Below the pieces are notes generated by a model. It was not told the origin of the DNA and did no database searches. It saw nothing but the letters and a program-made list of their open reading frames with translations. Positions 1-10,800 of a stretch of DNA of 64,000 bases are shown here, in pieces. Position 1 is the first letter of the stretch. Every line of letters begins with the position of its first letter. The DNA comes from Podarcis cretensis (Eukaryota): the NCBI GenBank assembly GCA_951804945.1, contig OX638149.1, positions 77,066,001-77,130,000 on the forward strand, written 5' to 3'. A program made the translations under genes and the position numbers.

Positions 1-2
1 TG

Positions 3-710
3 ACACGGGGACAAATAGAAGAGGACACCTTCACCCCAGTATGGCTCCCCTTTATCACATACACAGCCCAACAAGACGATGACAAAAATCCACCGACAGC
101 ATACGAATCAATCTGTCTCGCTTGACCCAACAAGCCCTCCTCCCCACCTTCATAAAGGCAAACAAACCTCATTGCAGCCAACCACAGACAACCAACCATA
201 CCCTGGGCCCCCAACCTCTCTCACTACCAGGGAAATGTAACAAGCGAAAAGAAAGAGAACCTACCCAGTTGACGCTGACACAAAACCCCACACGCACCCT
301 ATAAATATATATATATAAGCCTCACCACTCCACCCCTCCTCTTCCCCAACTTTATATAGTCATACCTCAGGTTACAGGCGCTTTGGGTTGCGCGATTTTA
401 GGTTGTGCACCGCACCAAACCCAGAAGTACCGGAACGGCTTACTTCTGGGTTTCGGTGCTTGCGCATGCGCAGAAGCGCCAAATCGCAACCTGCGCATGC
501 GCAGACGCGGTGCTGGGGGTTGCAAATGCTGCGGGTTGCGAATATGCTTCCCACACAGATCACGTTCGCAACCTGAGCCTCCACTGTACTGTAGTCCACA
601 CCAAGGTCTCACAACATATGTAACTGATTTGTAAGGAAGACTGTACAACCTGAAAAAAGAGACACGGCGTGTACTTTTGTAAACCCAGAAAATCTTTAAT
701 AATAATTATA
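3..710 (+). mobile_element. 3' end of an L1-clade LINE (ORF2 C-terminus 3-125 plus 3' UTR), interrupted by a MITE at 357-586
   Basis: Frame 3 from nt 3 reads TRGQIEEDTFTPVWLPFITYTAQQDDDKNPPTAYESICLA*. The F-x3-W-x-P-F-I-x-Y pattern resembles the C-terminus of non-mammalian L1/Tx1 ORF2. The following A/C-rich tail ends in aaaatctttaataataa near 700. Family assignment is from memory. Confidence 0.55.
357..586. mobile_element. Tc1/mariner (Tigger/pogo-like) non-autonomous MITE
   Basis: TA flanks and degenerate TIRs (tagtcatacctcaggtt ... aacctgagcctccactg). Internal palindrome aaacccagaagta...tacttctgggttt. Related copy at 7687-7887. Confidence 0.75.
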
Positions 711-795
711 CTGTATATTAATTCTATATACGATCCTCCATGTGCACTATAAGTCCATAGAGAACTTTCTCATGTTTTCTCATGTCATTTTCAGT

Positions 796-860
796 TGTGA
801 ATCGCCCTGGGATCTTTGGAAGAAGAGCGGTATACAAATTTAATAATAGTAATAATAAAC
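796..860 (+). mobile_element. L2-type LINE/SINE 3' tail fragment
   Basis: tgtgaatcgccctgggatctttggaagaagagcggtatacaaattt followed by (taa)n, which is the typical squamate L2 3' terminus. Confidence 0.6.
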
Positions 861-1529
861 AATAATGTTCCCTCACACCTCAGGACTGTTGTCACTTGTT
901 ACAAGGACTTACAATAAGGAGTGCCTCCTCCCACAACAGCCTGCCTGTGCATTAAAATCTTCAGATGTTGCTCTGCTCATAATACTGTCCATTTGTTAAT
1001 TTTATATATGAATTTCTAGCATGCCCTGATCAATATGATCTCAGGGTAGGTTTAAGTACAGTAAAAGAACATTGCAATGAAACCAAATCTGAAAAGCTTA
1101 CACAAGCAGAGCATATTCCTGAAAGCATTTCCGGTGTCACTTGAGTTTCTGAAGTGTGTTATGTATGTGAAAAGAAGGGGGCTTCCTGAAGGAAGTCAGA
1201 CTGGAACTGGCACCACAATCTTTTCTGTGTCAGGTCAAGACTTTTCCTTAATTGCTGGCTTTATGGCCTCTGTCTACTTTTTAGTTTTCTTAATTTGGGC
1301 CTCTCCATTTCTGCTTGAAGGATATGGTTGTTTTTATTCTAACACCACTTTGGAATCAGGACAAAGGGTGATTTAGCTTTCCTTTTTTTAAAAAAATGAA
1401 CAAGTTCTTTCTCTTCCCTGACATGCAGCAGTGCTGATGTCCAACAAGAATGAAAAAAACAAAAACAAAAAAGCAACCAAAAGTGCGGATCATCGTTTAC
1501 TTTAGAACAAAATGCTAAGTTGTGAATCA

Positions 1530-2400
1530 GGTGCGTGACAAAAACAGGAACCCAACATTTGCTAATGTTAAGCAAAGCCGTGTGACTTTTGGGGGTGTCC
1601 GGGTGCAGCAGCACCAGCGCTTAACGCGGACTTCCTCCTCTGCAGCCAACCAACTCTCGCGGAAATCGCATGTGCGTAAACAGGCATGTGCTTTTTTTGG
1701 CTCAGCTTTTGCTGTAATGAGATCGGAGCATTTCTCCTGGTAGCTGACGGCACTTACAGGGTTAAAGACCTTCCCCTCCTCCTCCTCCGGGGACCACGTG
1801 ACTCCGAGAGGTGCACATTTTGAGCGGTCAGCTGACCAAGCAGTCACGGGGTTGTATTGCTCAGTCATTCCCCTTAATAGCGGGAGGGCTGCGGGTGTGC
1901 AAAACAGACCGGACTCGGAGCAGCACAAGAAGCGCATCTGCTCCCCGTCGGTACCTGAGAGTTGCTACGATCCAGCCCAGCCGCCGCCGTCGTCATGGGC
2001 CTCCGCTCTTTAATCCTGCTCGCGTCCCTGGTGGTCGCTAGCTCGGCGCTCATCAGGTGAGGGTCGCCTTCCTCTCGCACAGTCGCCAAGCGCTCGGGGT
2101 TCCTTGGCTGGCGGAGGAGACTGGAAAGAAGAGGGGGCGGCGGAGGGAGATAAGGAAAGCTTTCTTTGCAACCTGGAGGAAACTGCAGGGTTGTTGTGTT
2201 TGGAGTAAAATGGAGCCCCGTGTCTGCTGATCAACGGCTTAGCTTCTCCCCCGGGAGGGCGTGTCCGGAAAGAGCGGACATCTCGAGGGCTCCGTCAAGT
2301 TCAGCTCGTGGCGTGCTGCCCTCGATTGCCTGGCGGGGCGGGGCGGCTCTGCTGTCATCTGCCCGGTTGCACGGGCTCTCAGACGAGCGAGCAGGATCCT
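1530..2400 (+). promoter_or_regulatory. CTSD: CTSD CpG-island promoter and first exon region
   Basis: CpG-dense region spanning exon 1. E-box/CLEAR-like CCACGTGAC at 1794-1802, palindrome GGTCAGCTGACC at 1826-1837, ARE/MARE-like TGCTCAGTCAT at 1858-1868, and TATA-like cttaatag at 1873-1880. Confidence 0.8.
1995..2056 (+). CDS. CTSD: Cathepsin D exon 1 (signal peptide MGLRSLILLASLVVASSALIR)
   Basis: ATG in a good Kozak context (gtcgtcATGg), hydrophobic signal peptide, donor AG|gtgagg. Phase 2 matches exon 2. Confidence 0.93.
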
Positions 2401-5373
2401 TTCCTTGAAGGGGGGAGTGTTGAGAGTTCATTTAAAAGGAAGGTTGGGGCAGCCCCAAAGGAGGGTTAATGTGTGCTTCAGGGAGCTTGGATCCGTGTGT
2501 ACATCTGCCCAAATATACTGGTAGGCCTCTCCCCTCCAAGGATGTTTTATCTTTTAAGAAAATATCACCAAATTGACTTCCTTGTAAGGGGTTAAGGTTG
2601 TAGGCTGATGTAGCAAAGAATGCAGGCTTTTGCTGTCGGGGTATAATTTCTGCCACCCCCTTGGTACCCAATTTTGTGATACTCCTGGCTCTCATTGTGC
2701 CAATTCCGTATAAAATGTAATGAAGGGGGGCCATCAAGATTTGAGGATAGGTAGAGGGAGGATTTTAGAGATCAAGCTGCTGTGCAAACCAAGATTTAGT
2801 TGATGTGTGGCAGGAAGTTAGTTATTGGAAGAAGTAACACCCTCAGGAGGTATTATGCTCTGTAGGCAAGTTGTCTTTGACAAGACGATTCTATGCAGGT
2901 TTACTGAGAGACCCAGTTAGTTTAGTGAGGGTTACTTCCATGTTAGTGTACCTAGGGTTGCAACTTGAGCATGAGAAGTAGTACTGAGTGGCCTGTGAAT
3001 CTTCTCCTTTCTCAGATACTTATTAACAGGACTTATTTATTTCATACAGTTTATATACTGCTTGACTGTAAAAACAGCAACCTCAGAGTGGTTTACAAAA
3101 AGAATAAAGCAATAGAATTGGTTAAGAACAATAGATGTTACCAAATAACCCAGCCTGCTTAGTTTATTATACGTACTTTCAGAAAAACTGCAAGCACCAA
3201 GTGCTTGAGGTAAGGAGCTTTGAACATTGAGACAGTGCCCCACTGATGGATCACATAAGAAAAAGAGCTCCAAGAGTAGATTTTTATAGGCACAGGCATT
3301 GTAAAACTCTGCTCACTTGGTTTCTCACACCCAACCCACCCCTGCTTTCACACACACATGAGACAACACCTGTTTGAAGGGATGGCACTCGGATAAAGAC
3401 TAACGCCATCACATGTTCATAGTAAGCAAACGAGTTTGATGGCTGATGTTCTGACATGTAGAAAGTGCCTCCTACGTGGTTGGCAGTGCTTTAAAACTTG
3501 GGTCTAGCTTGACCAAAGTTATAGCTTTCCCAGTCTTTGCTTTCTGTTAGTACTAAATGTTCCAGTCATGTTGAAACAGCTAAAAACCTGAGCCATAACC
3601 AGTTGCAGAGAAGACTGAATTATTTCAGAAAGGGCCATACCCATAGAAAGGGAGCGTTCCGAGAACCAGCCATAATTGAAATAGGTCACTTCATCTCCTG
3701 AGATCCACAAAAGTGTTTCAGCAGTGGTGACAAGTAACTCTTGTCCACCTGTCTCTAAATACCCAGCAGAATAAGACATGCTTACCTTCTCTGCCTCTGT
3801 TTTCCATGCATTGCAGAGAATCTGCAGTGGGAGTAGTCTCTTGCCTTTGTGCTGGGTTGGCCAACCTGCTGGTCAGTTATTGTTAGTAGACCATTGTTTC
3901 AAATATTCCACAAAACCAAGAATGCCAGGTGGTAGCTTATCTTTTTGCAAAAAGTTATAGTTAGTTTCTTTTGTATATAAGTGATTGTTAGCTATGAACC
4001 AGTGACATAAAACTAATATGCCATTAGCAATGTATCAAATCTTGCTGATTAGCATATATTTGTCCTAATCAAGTCAATACTCAGGTCAAGTGTATTTCAC
4101 GCAGCTGATCAAAACTTTTTTTAAAAAACCCATTTCAAATGCCCATTATAATTTCCAGGGTGGGAAAGATAACTCCACTCCACCCCTTTCCCTTGTGTGT
4201 GCGTATGGAGATCTTGCTACTTCTTCCCTGGCATGGTGAGAAGCTGCCTGCTGACTCCCTCCCTCTCTATACATGCTCGAAGATGGTGGCAAAAGAAGAA
4301 GAAGAAAAGTTGGCCACTCCAGCCAGCCAAAAATTGTGTAGCTCTGCTTCTATGGCTACTGTAATCTGAAGGGATCATAAACTTGCAGATAGTTCCACTG
4401 ACTCTTGGTAGTATCTAACACTGTGTATACCATACACACTTGACTGCAAATATATCCCATTGAACTCAAACCCCTAGGATATACCGGAAAACACCTAACC
4501 TAGATTTTCTGCAAATACCAGTTTGGGTTGAACTGCTTTGCTGGAATTGTGCATGTCTGTTACTTTATTAAAGTGTGAGTGACTCCTAGCCGAAAAGAAA
4601 CTCTTGCTCTGATGTCTGTTCAGCATCTTGTGGCTTTGGGGTGATGCTGCTGTTCCAAAGCCTTTTCCCAGGCTGCTCAAGCAAACTGTCAGACAAGAAG
4701 CACTGATTCATTGGAGCTGGTGCTTTTATCCTCCTCAGCCATGAGCTTGCCAGGAGGCTGCATCTTGTTACACAAAGGCAAACCAGCTAAAAGTTGTGAA
4801 GTGTTAGGCAGGTTGTTGTTAATGCATTTGTTATTACTAAGAGCACCAGGTTATGGATGCATGACATGGAATAATAATTATAAGAGGAAGTATAGTTGTT
4901 GCTATACTCTGTTGGGGCACATACCGTATATGGCTCTTTGGGTGATAAAAGTGATCAGGCACAGGATGTGTTCAGTTGTTAATCTGCTATCTTTTGGTAC
5001 TTTCGTTTGTCAGCTTTAAAAGCTGCTTGGTATCTGCAGATGAAAGGTGCCATTTAAGAGAATTGTAATCAAAAGCTAGTTGGCAAATTTCCCTGAGGAT
5101 AGCCTCCCAGCATAATCTAACATATAAAAAAATGAAATCAAGTTTCAAAACTGGATCCAGAAGGGAGGTTCCCATAAATGCTGCCAAATTCCCTGTAGGG
5201 GTAGACTAGCAAGGATCCATGAACTTCACAGGAGCCATGTCAGTAAGCAAACCCCAATGGAGAACCTGGCTGCTTGTTCTTTTGATATGAAGACAAAAGA
5301 GAAAGTTGCTGTATTAGCTGCAAAGAGAGATGTATTTCTTTTGAACTTCTCTGAGATAATCTTTGGCTGTATA

Positions 5374-5590
5374 CAGTGGCACCTCAGGTTACATATGCTT
5401 CAGGTTACATACGGTTCAGGTTACAGACTCCACTAACCGAGAAATAGTGCTTCAGGTTAAGAACTTTGCTTCAGGATGAGAACAGAAATCATGCTTCAGC
5501 GGCAGCAGGAGGCCCCATTAGCTAAAGTGGTGCTTCAAGTTAAGAACAGACCTCCGGAACGAATTAAGTACTTAACCAGAGGTACCACTG
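5374..5590. mobile_element. Tigger/pogo-like MITE
   Basis: TA target duplication (5372-73, 5591-92) and TIRs cagtggcacctc / gaggtaccactg. Inverted copy of the same family at 48887-49113. Confidence 0.85.
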
Positions 5591-5644
5591 TAATTGAAAC
5601 TAGATAATATTGATAATGGTCCCCAAATTGTTTCTGCTTGACAG

Positions 5645-5801
5645 AATTCCATTGAAGAAGTTCCCCTCCATGCGCAGCATCTACACAGAATATGGGACCA
5701 ATGTCCAAGACCTGAATGAGTTGGGGGAAATGCTGAAATACAAATTTGGGGGCGCTGATGTGGGCGCACCAACCCCAGAAGCTTTGAAGAACTACATGGA
5801 T
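5645..5801 (+). CDS. CTSD: Cathepsin D exon 2 (propeptide IPLKKFPSMR...TPEALKNYMD)
   Basis: Acceptor ttgacag|A and donor GAT|gtaagt, 157 nt. Encodes the A1 aspartic protease propeptide. Confidence 0.96.
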
Positions 5802-6436
5802 GTAAGTATAGTAGTTGTAGTAGTTGATTGTCACTCCTCCTAATGCTTTGACTGTTTCTTCCTTCTTGGTGACTGGGATCTGTGTGGTAGAGCAATATCC
5901 TGGAACCCTGCTATTGTCCTTGCCTGTCTCAGTGAATAAAACCATTAGGGAGAAGGTCACATTTAAAACAGACCTTGAAAATTATCCATAGTGGTATCTG
6001 TAAACACCCAGCACTCAATGTTTCAGGGTCACAACTGCACATCCTCCTCTTCATTGGGCAGGCTTGGCATGCAGAGAACTTGTGCTGTCATCCCAGAAGC
6101 ATTTCAGTGTATCAGCACCATGTGAATTCTCCTCCCACTGAAGCGCTGCACTCCTTGGGGCATGGACTCCTTTTCTAGAGAAGCCGTGTGTTTGTGGGAG
6201 ATAGGGCAGGCTGATAATGACTGTTTGCCTTGTGCAAAGGTAATTGTTGAAGCAAATGGGAATGTGTAGGAGGGGTATGAGGAAATCAAGGAAGCTTAAG
6301 ACTGGATAAGATATGGAGGATGCTCCTGAGGGCTTGACGTGTAGGATCATAGCCATTATGACTCGGATGATCTTGACATTGAAGAAAGAACGCTCGCAAA
6401 TGAGCAAGCGAAGACTTGCTGTTCTTGGCATCCATT

Positions 6437-6970
6437 TGTTTCAAGAGACAGTGGAGAGCGCCTCCAGGGGTGATGTCAAACTGCTGCATTAGCATCACCA
6501 AAGTGACATCCCCCAGGGCCCAAGCCTGGGAAATGTGTATGGAAAAACCTGAAGGCAAGACCCCCACCCCGCCCCCCCGTCTCGGCCTCGCTGATGTGGT
6601 CCAAAGGAAACCAATATGTCTGGCACCAGCTTCACTGTAGGAGTTGCTGGAAGGAGGTGTTTAATGCCCCATCCAGCCGTCTTGGGGTCTCCACTCCAGA
6701 TTTGCATGGTGTTTACTCCTTAGCCATATCTTCTCCCGAAGATATCTCACAAGGCAGCGGAGGTTTAGAATCTTCTCCTAGATGGGCTACCTTCCCAGGT
6801 TTATGAGCTCCACCTGCCCCTCACTCCCATCTACAGCACATGCAGAAGCACCTTCTTGACCATTGGATCCACTCTTGGTCTTGCCTGCTGAATCCACCAC
6901 AGCCTGTCTTCACATGCAGGGGAAGTCCGAGCGTAGACTTAACCGTGTGATAACCATGGGCTACAGGACC
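6437..6970 (-). mobile_element. Unclassified interspersed repeat (possibly RTE-clade derived); copy A
   Basis: The reverse complement of 6583-6750 and 6448-6481 matches 43920-44092 and 44234-44267 (e.g. ggctaaggagtaaac...caaatctggagtggag...aagctggtgcca...ttcctttggaccacatca). Confidence 0.6.
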
Positions 6971-7686
6971 AAGTATAAGGCTAGAACTAGAAGCTTCTGA
7001 GCAGAACTTAGTTTTCTGGCAATCCCACTGGCTTCACTTGCATTCCTCTTGGAAAACCCTTCTGCTCCCCACGTCACTTCCTGCACACTTTAAAAGGATG
7101 ACTCATACCTGAACAGGCTGAAACTTAATCCAGTTAACAAAGATTCACAGTAGCTGTTGGTCCAGTCTTCTTCCCTAATAGGATTTTGATGCAGACCACC
7201 CATCAGTGCTAGGATGTCATAACTTGTCGCTGAATTCTTCTTGCCATTTTATAAATCGCAGAGAAAGTGCCACCATTGAACTCTGAAAAGAGGCCACTGT
7301 AGCTTGAAATGAAATTTGCTACAGTCTCTGCAAACCGTTTCCCTCTCTGAACTTTTTTTTTAAAGTGCTGTAACAGCCATCTCTCCTCTTTCCTGCTGAT
7401 TTAATGATGCCATAATGTAATACTGGCTTGCAAGCCAAGGGATAAGTAAACAGGATACATTCAGAATCTGAATTGGTGAGATAATAGTGCTTTTTTGGAG
7501 CAGGGAAGTGTGTAAGGCCAACTTGCACTTCTCAGCAGATTTTCATGATTAGGTTGGTCTAGGTGATGTGCTATGATGCCATGTTGCATCAATAGAGAAG
7601 TAACAGAAAAGATTCCATATAAAAATGTGACGCTCAATCTTTTATTGGAATTTACATGTAAATATTTTGAGTAGTTCTTAGAACTA

Positions 7687-7887
7687 CAGTTATACCTCAT
7701 GTTGTGTCTGCTTCCTGTTGCATCTTTTCGTGTTACATCCCACAGCAACCTGGAAGTACCGGAACTGGTACTGGTGCATAGAAGGGCCAAATCACGCCTG
7801 CGCAGATGCAGTACTTCAAGTTACGGGCATTTCACGTTATGGATGGGCCTCCAGAATGGATCCCATCCATAACATGAGGTACCACTG
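7687..7887. mobile_element. Tigger/pogo-like MITE (related to 357-586)
   Basis: TA flanks, TIRs cagttatacctcatgtt / aacatgaggtaccactg, and a shared internal gaagtaccggaac core. Confidence 0.75.
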
Positions 7888-10800
7888 TACAGGTGGTGAA
7901 CCGTTGGGTCATTTTGGCAAATGTGAGAATAAGCCCAAATGGTGCTTGGCATGGATGGCTCTACTGAATGATCATCAGGTAGAATCTTAAAGTTGGAGGA
8001 AGGGGTCTTGTAGACCATCTAGTCCAGTTTTAACACCATGTTAAAAAAGCCTGACTGGCCTCGACTAGAAGTTGAGCACTTAGTGTCACTGGTCTCTTGT
8101 TGCGAAACCATTTCGGCAAGCATCCTCACTTCTGACTTTCAAGCATCTCTTGAAGACTTTTTAATGCCAGCAGGCATTAAATTCATGACCAGAAATATTT
8201 GATTTCTGATCATGCAGTCACCTTACTGATTATCTGTATTTTCAAAAGTTAATTTATTAAAATGACATTTTATATTTTCACAAGACGTGCTGTTAAAATT
8301 TTATGACAAGGTGGTATAAAAAGTTTTTATGATATGATGGCATAGAATTGCTTCTGTAAATAACTGTATTCTAATAACCCATCTGAATGTTGACTTCATA
8401 GTTCAAAGCTTCTGGTTGTCTTTGGGCAGAAAGGAGTGTACCTCCAATACCAACACACCCAGCATTTCTCCTTAAACCACAGAGCTTTGAAGTAGAAGCC
8501 CAGGATGTTTGCATGTTGCATTTGAAGGCATCTTCCCGTTCTCCCATCAGCTGATGGATGGGTAGGAGCACACCTTGCTTGACTGAAGGAACAACCTGGT
8601 TCCTCCTTTGAAGTGCTGCCTGGTACGAGGCTGTTTATAAAGGGCTGCTTGAAAGCCCTGTGATTTGCTTGCTTTGAAGTCCTGAGAATCAGGGCTTCGG
8701 GGGAAGCATCACCTGATGGCAGGTGATTGGCAGGTGAGCTGTCTCACATGCCTGTCGACTGGCCTGCTGGGCTGGGTGAGATGAAGATCTGCCCATCCTA
8801 TCAGAAAAGCTTCCCTATCCTTGTCTTTGAAAGTGGGCCGCTGCTGACATGGGAAGGTAGTTGTATTGTGGCCTCTTTATTTAAAACCACAATACAATAT
8901 ACAGTAAAACCGATAAGCAGTAGGATCCAATTGTCTTATTAAAATCGTCAAATAAAAATCACAAGACCGTAAAGATCTTTCCATATGGTCTCTTGACTTT
9001 CCCTGTCCTCGTACACATTTTCCTGAATTGAAATTAACTACATAACTTCTGCCCATCACTCCACGCTTGCTACTCCCTTTCTCGTAATTCTTGCATTCAC
9101 AGTTGGCCACAGTCAGTCACTTCCTTGACCCACTCATTGAGGCCTGTAGTAGGGTGGGGCATCGGTGTTCTGTTCATGATAGGCATTCTGAATATGGGAG
9201 GATGGCTTTTGTTTTTCCTTCAGAAGTACCAAACACCTTCAGTTAGACTTGCGGAGGGTTTTTGCCACAGTACCTGCAGAAATCCAGGCTGAACATCCTA
9301 AAGGGACATGCTTGTGTCTGGAGAGAGTTGTGACAGATGGGGAAGTTATGTGAGTGGCCAGTATAGCAGCTGAAGCCTGAGAGTTTGGGGGCTGCTTCTC
9401 CAGCTTGAGGTGCAGCCTGGGCTTGCTGTGCTCTGAATTGTGTGTGCCTTGTCTCTTGGGAAAGCAAGTATCTTGGCTTCTCTCCCCCCCCCCACTCCCT
9501 GCCCCAGGCTCTTGTCAGCCATCCAGTTTTCTCCTGTGACTTGTCCTCTTTGTTTGCCAATCCCAAGGGAGTTCTACAAGCAGGGGGACAGAAGTGTTTA
9601 ATCAAGCTCTACCTCTGATGTTGAAATGTGCAAGGTGAAGGTTGTGCAATACGTGGCTGCTCCGAAACCATTTTTCCCCTTTTTGAAGAAAGCTTTGTCT
9701 CATGCCATTTTTTAAAAAAAACTGAATTTCCACATTTGGAGTTAATACAAATAGAACCTATCAGATTGCATCTATTTGCAGCAGACCAGAGAGAAACATA
9801 GACTGGAATCTTTTCCCATGACATACTTGACTTCAAGTGGCAGATGGTGCTGTTTAAACACTTGAGCCCATACCTGTGTCCTGAAATACTTGCAGTCTTA
9901 AGAGCACTGGATCATGTGCTTCTCTGAATGTGTAGATCAGCCCTTCAAACTAATGAGAGCTGAAGGCCATCTAGAATGTTTTTACCGGTTATTAGAAAAA
10001 GAAGAAAACAGTGCTGGACTGCATTGCCATTTTATTCTTGCCAGGTTGCAAATGGTAAACACATGCCCTGTGTTGTGTGTGGCAGCCCCTGTGTACTCCT
10101 TTTGTCAGGCTACTACTGCACTGACCTAGAGCAGGGTCAGTATTCTCTCTCAGCTGCTACAAGGCCACACTAAAACCTTCCATAACCCAGGGTACTAAAA
10201 GAAATTACCAAATATATGCCTTTCTTCCCCCCATCCTATAATTAACAGTTTACATAAAGCTTGTATCAGCATGCAGCTTGTAGTAATATACTTTTAATGT
10301 CGAGTTTTGTGCATGGAAATGGAACTGGCTGCTCTTCAGGGGTGTGAAACTACTTGAGACCCTCAAGCAGTCATACCTTTCCTCATTTCCATTGCCTGCC
10401 ATGTAGAAATAACACATGGGTTTGGGGCAATGGTAGTGCATCACTATATGCCTCTATGCCTCAAGAGTAGGATCTGTAACTTCCTCCTGACTGCAGGTCA
10501 CTGGAGCAGTTGAAGATATTGGAGGATGGACCAGAGAGGAGAGCAGGCATCACAAACCTGATTGTCCTTATTTCCCTTGGAGAAAGGCAATCGCAGATAT
10601 TCTGCTTGCTTTGCTTCCTTTATACTTCACCCTTCCAAGAACATATACCAGGGACTTTCTCTGCTAAATTTCTCCCTGTATATTCAGAAAATGATAATTA
10701 TCTAGAAACTTTCAAGGAATGTCCCAAGTTTTTTTTTAATGCTAGGCTTTTTGGTTTGTTACCATGCATGAGAAATGTATATTTTTTGCAGGAAATTACA

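Noticed and set aside
367-648. Cluster of Arg/Cys-rich ORFs
   Set aside because: They lie entirely within a palindromic MITE.
1826-1837. Estrogen response element in the CTSD promoter
   Set aside because: GGTCA-gc-TGACC has a 2-nt spacer, whereas an ERE needs 3 nt. It is better read as an E-box (CAGCTG)/CLEAR-like palindrome.
5535-5960. Minus-strand ORFs of 141 and 107 aa
   Set aside because: Antisense shadows of CTSD exon 2 with no independent evidence.
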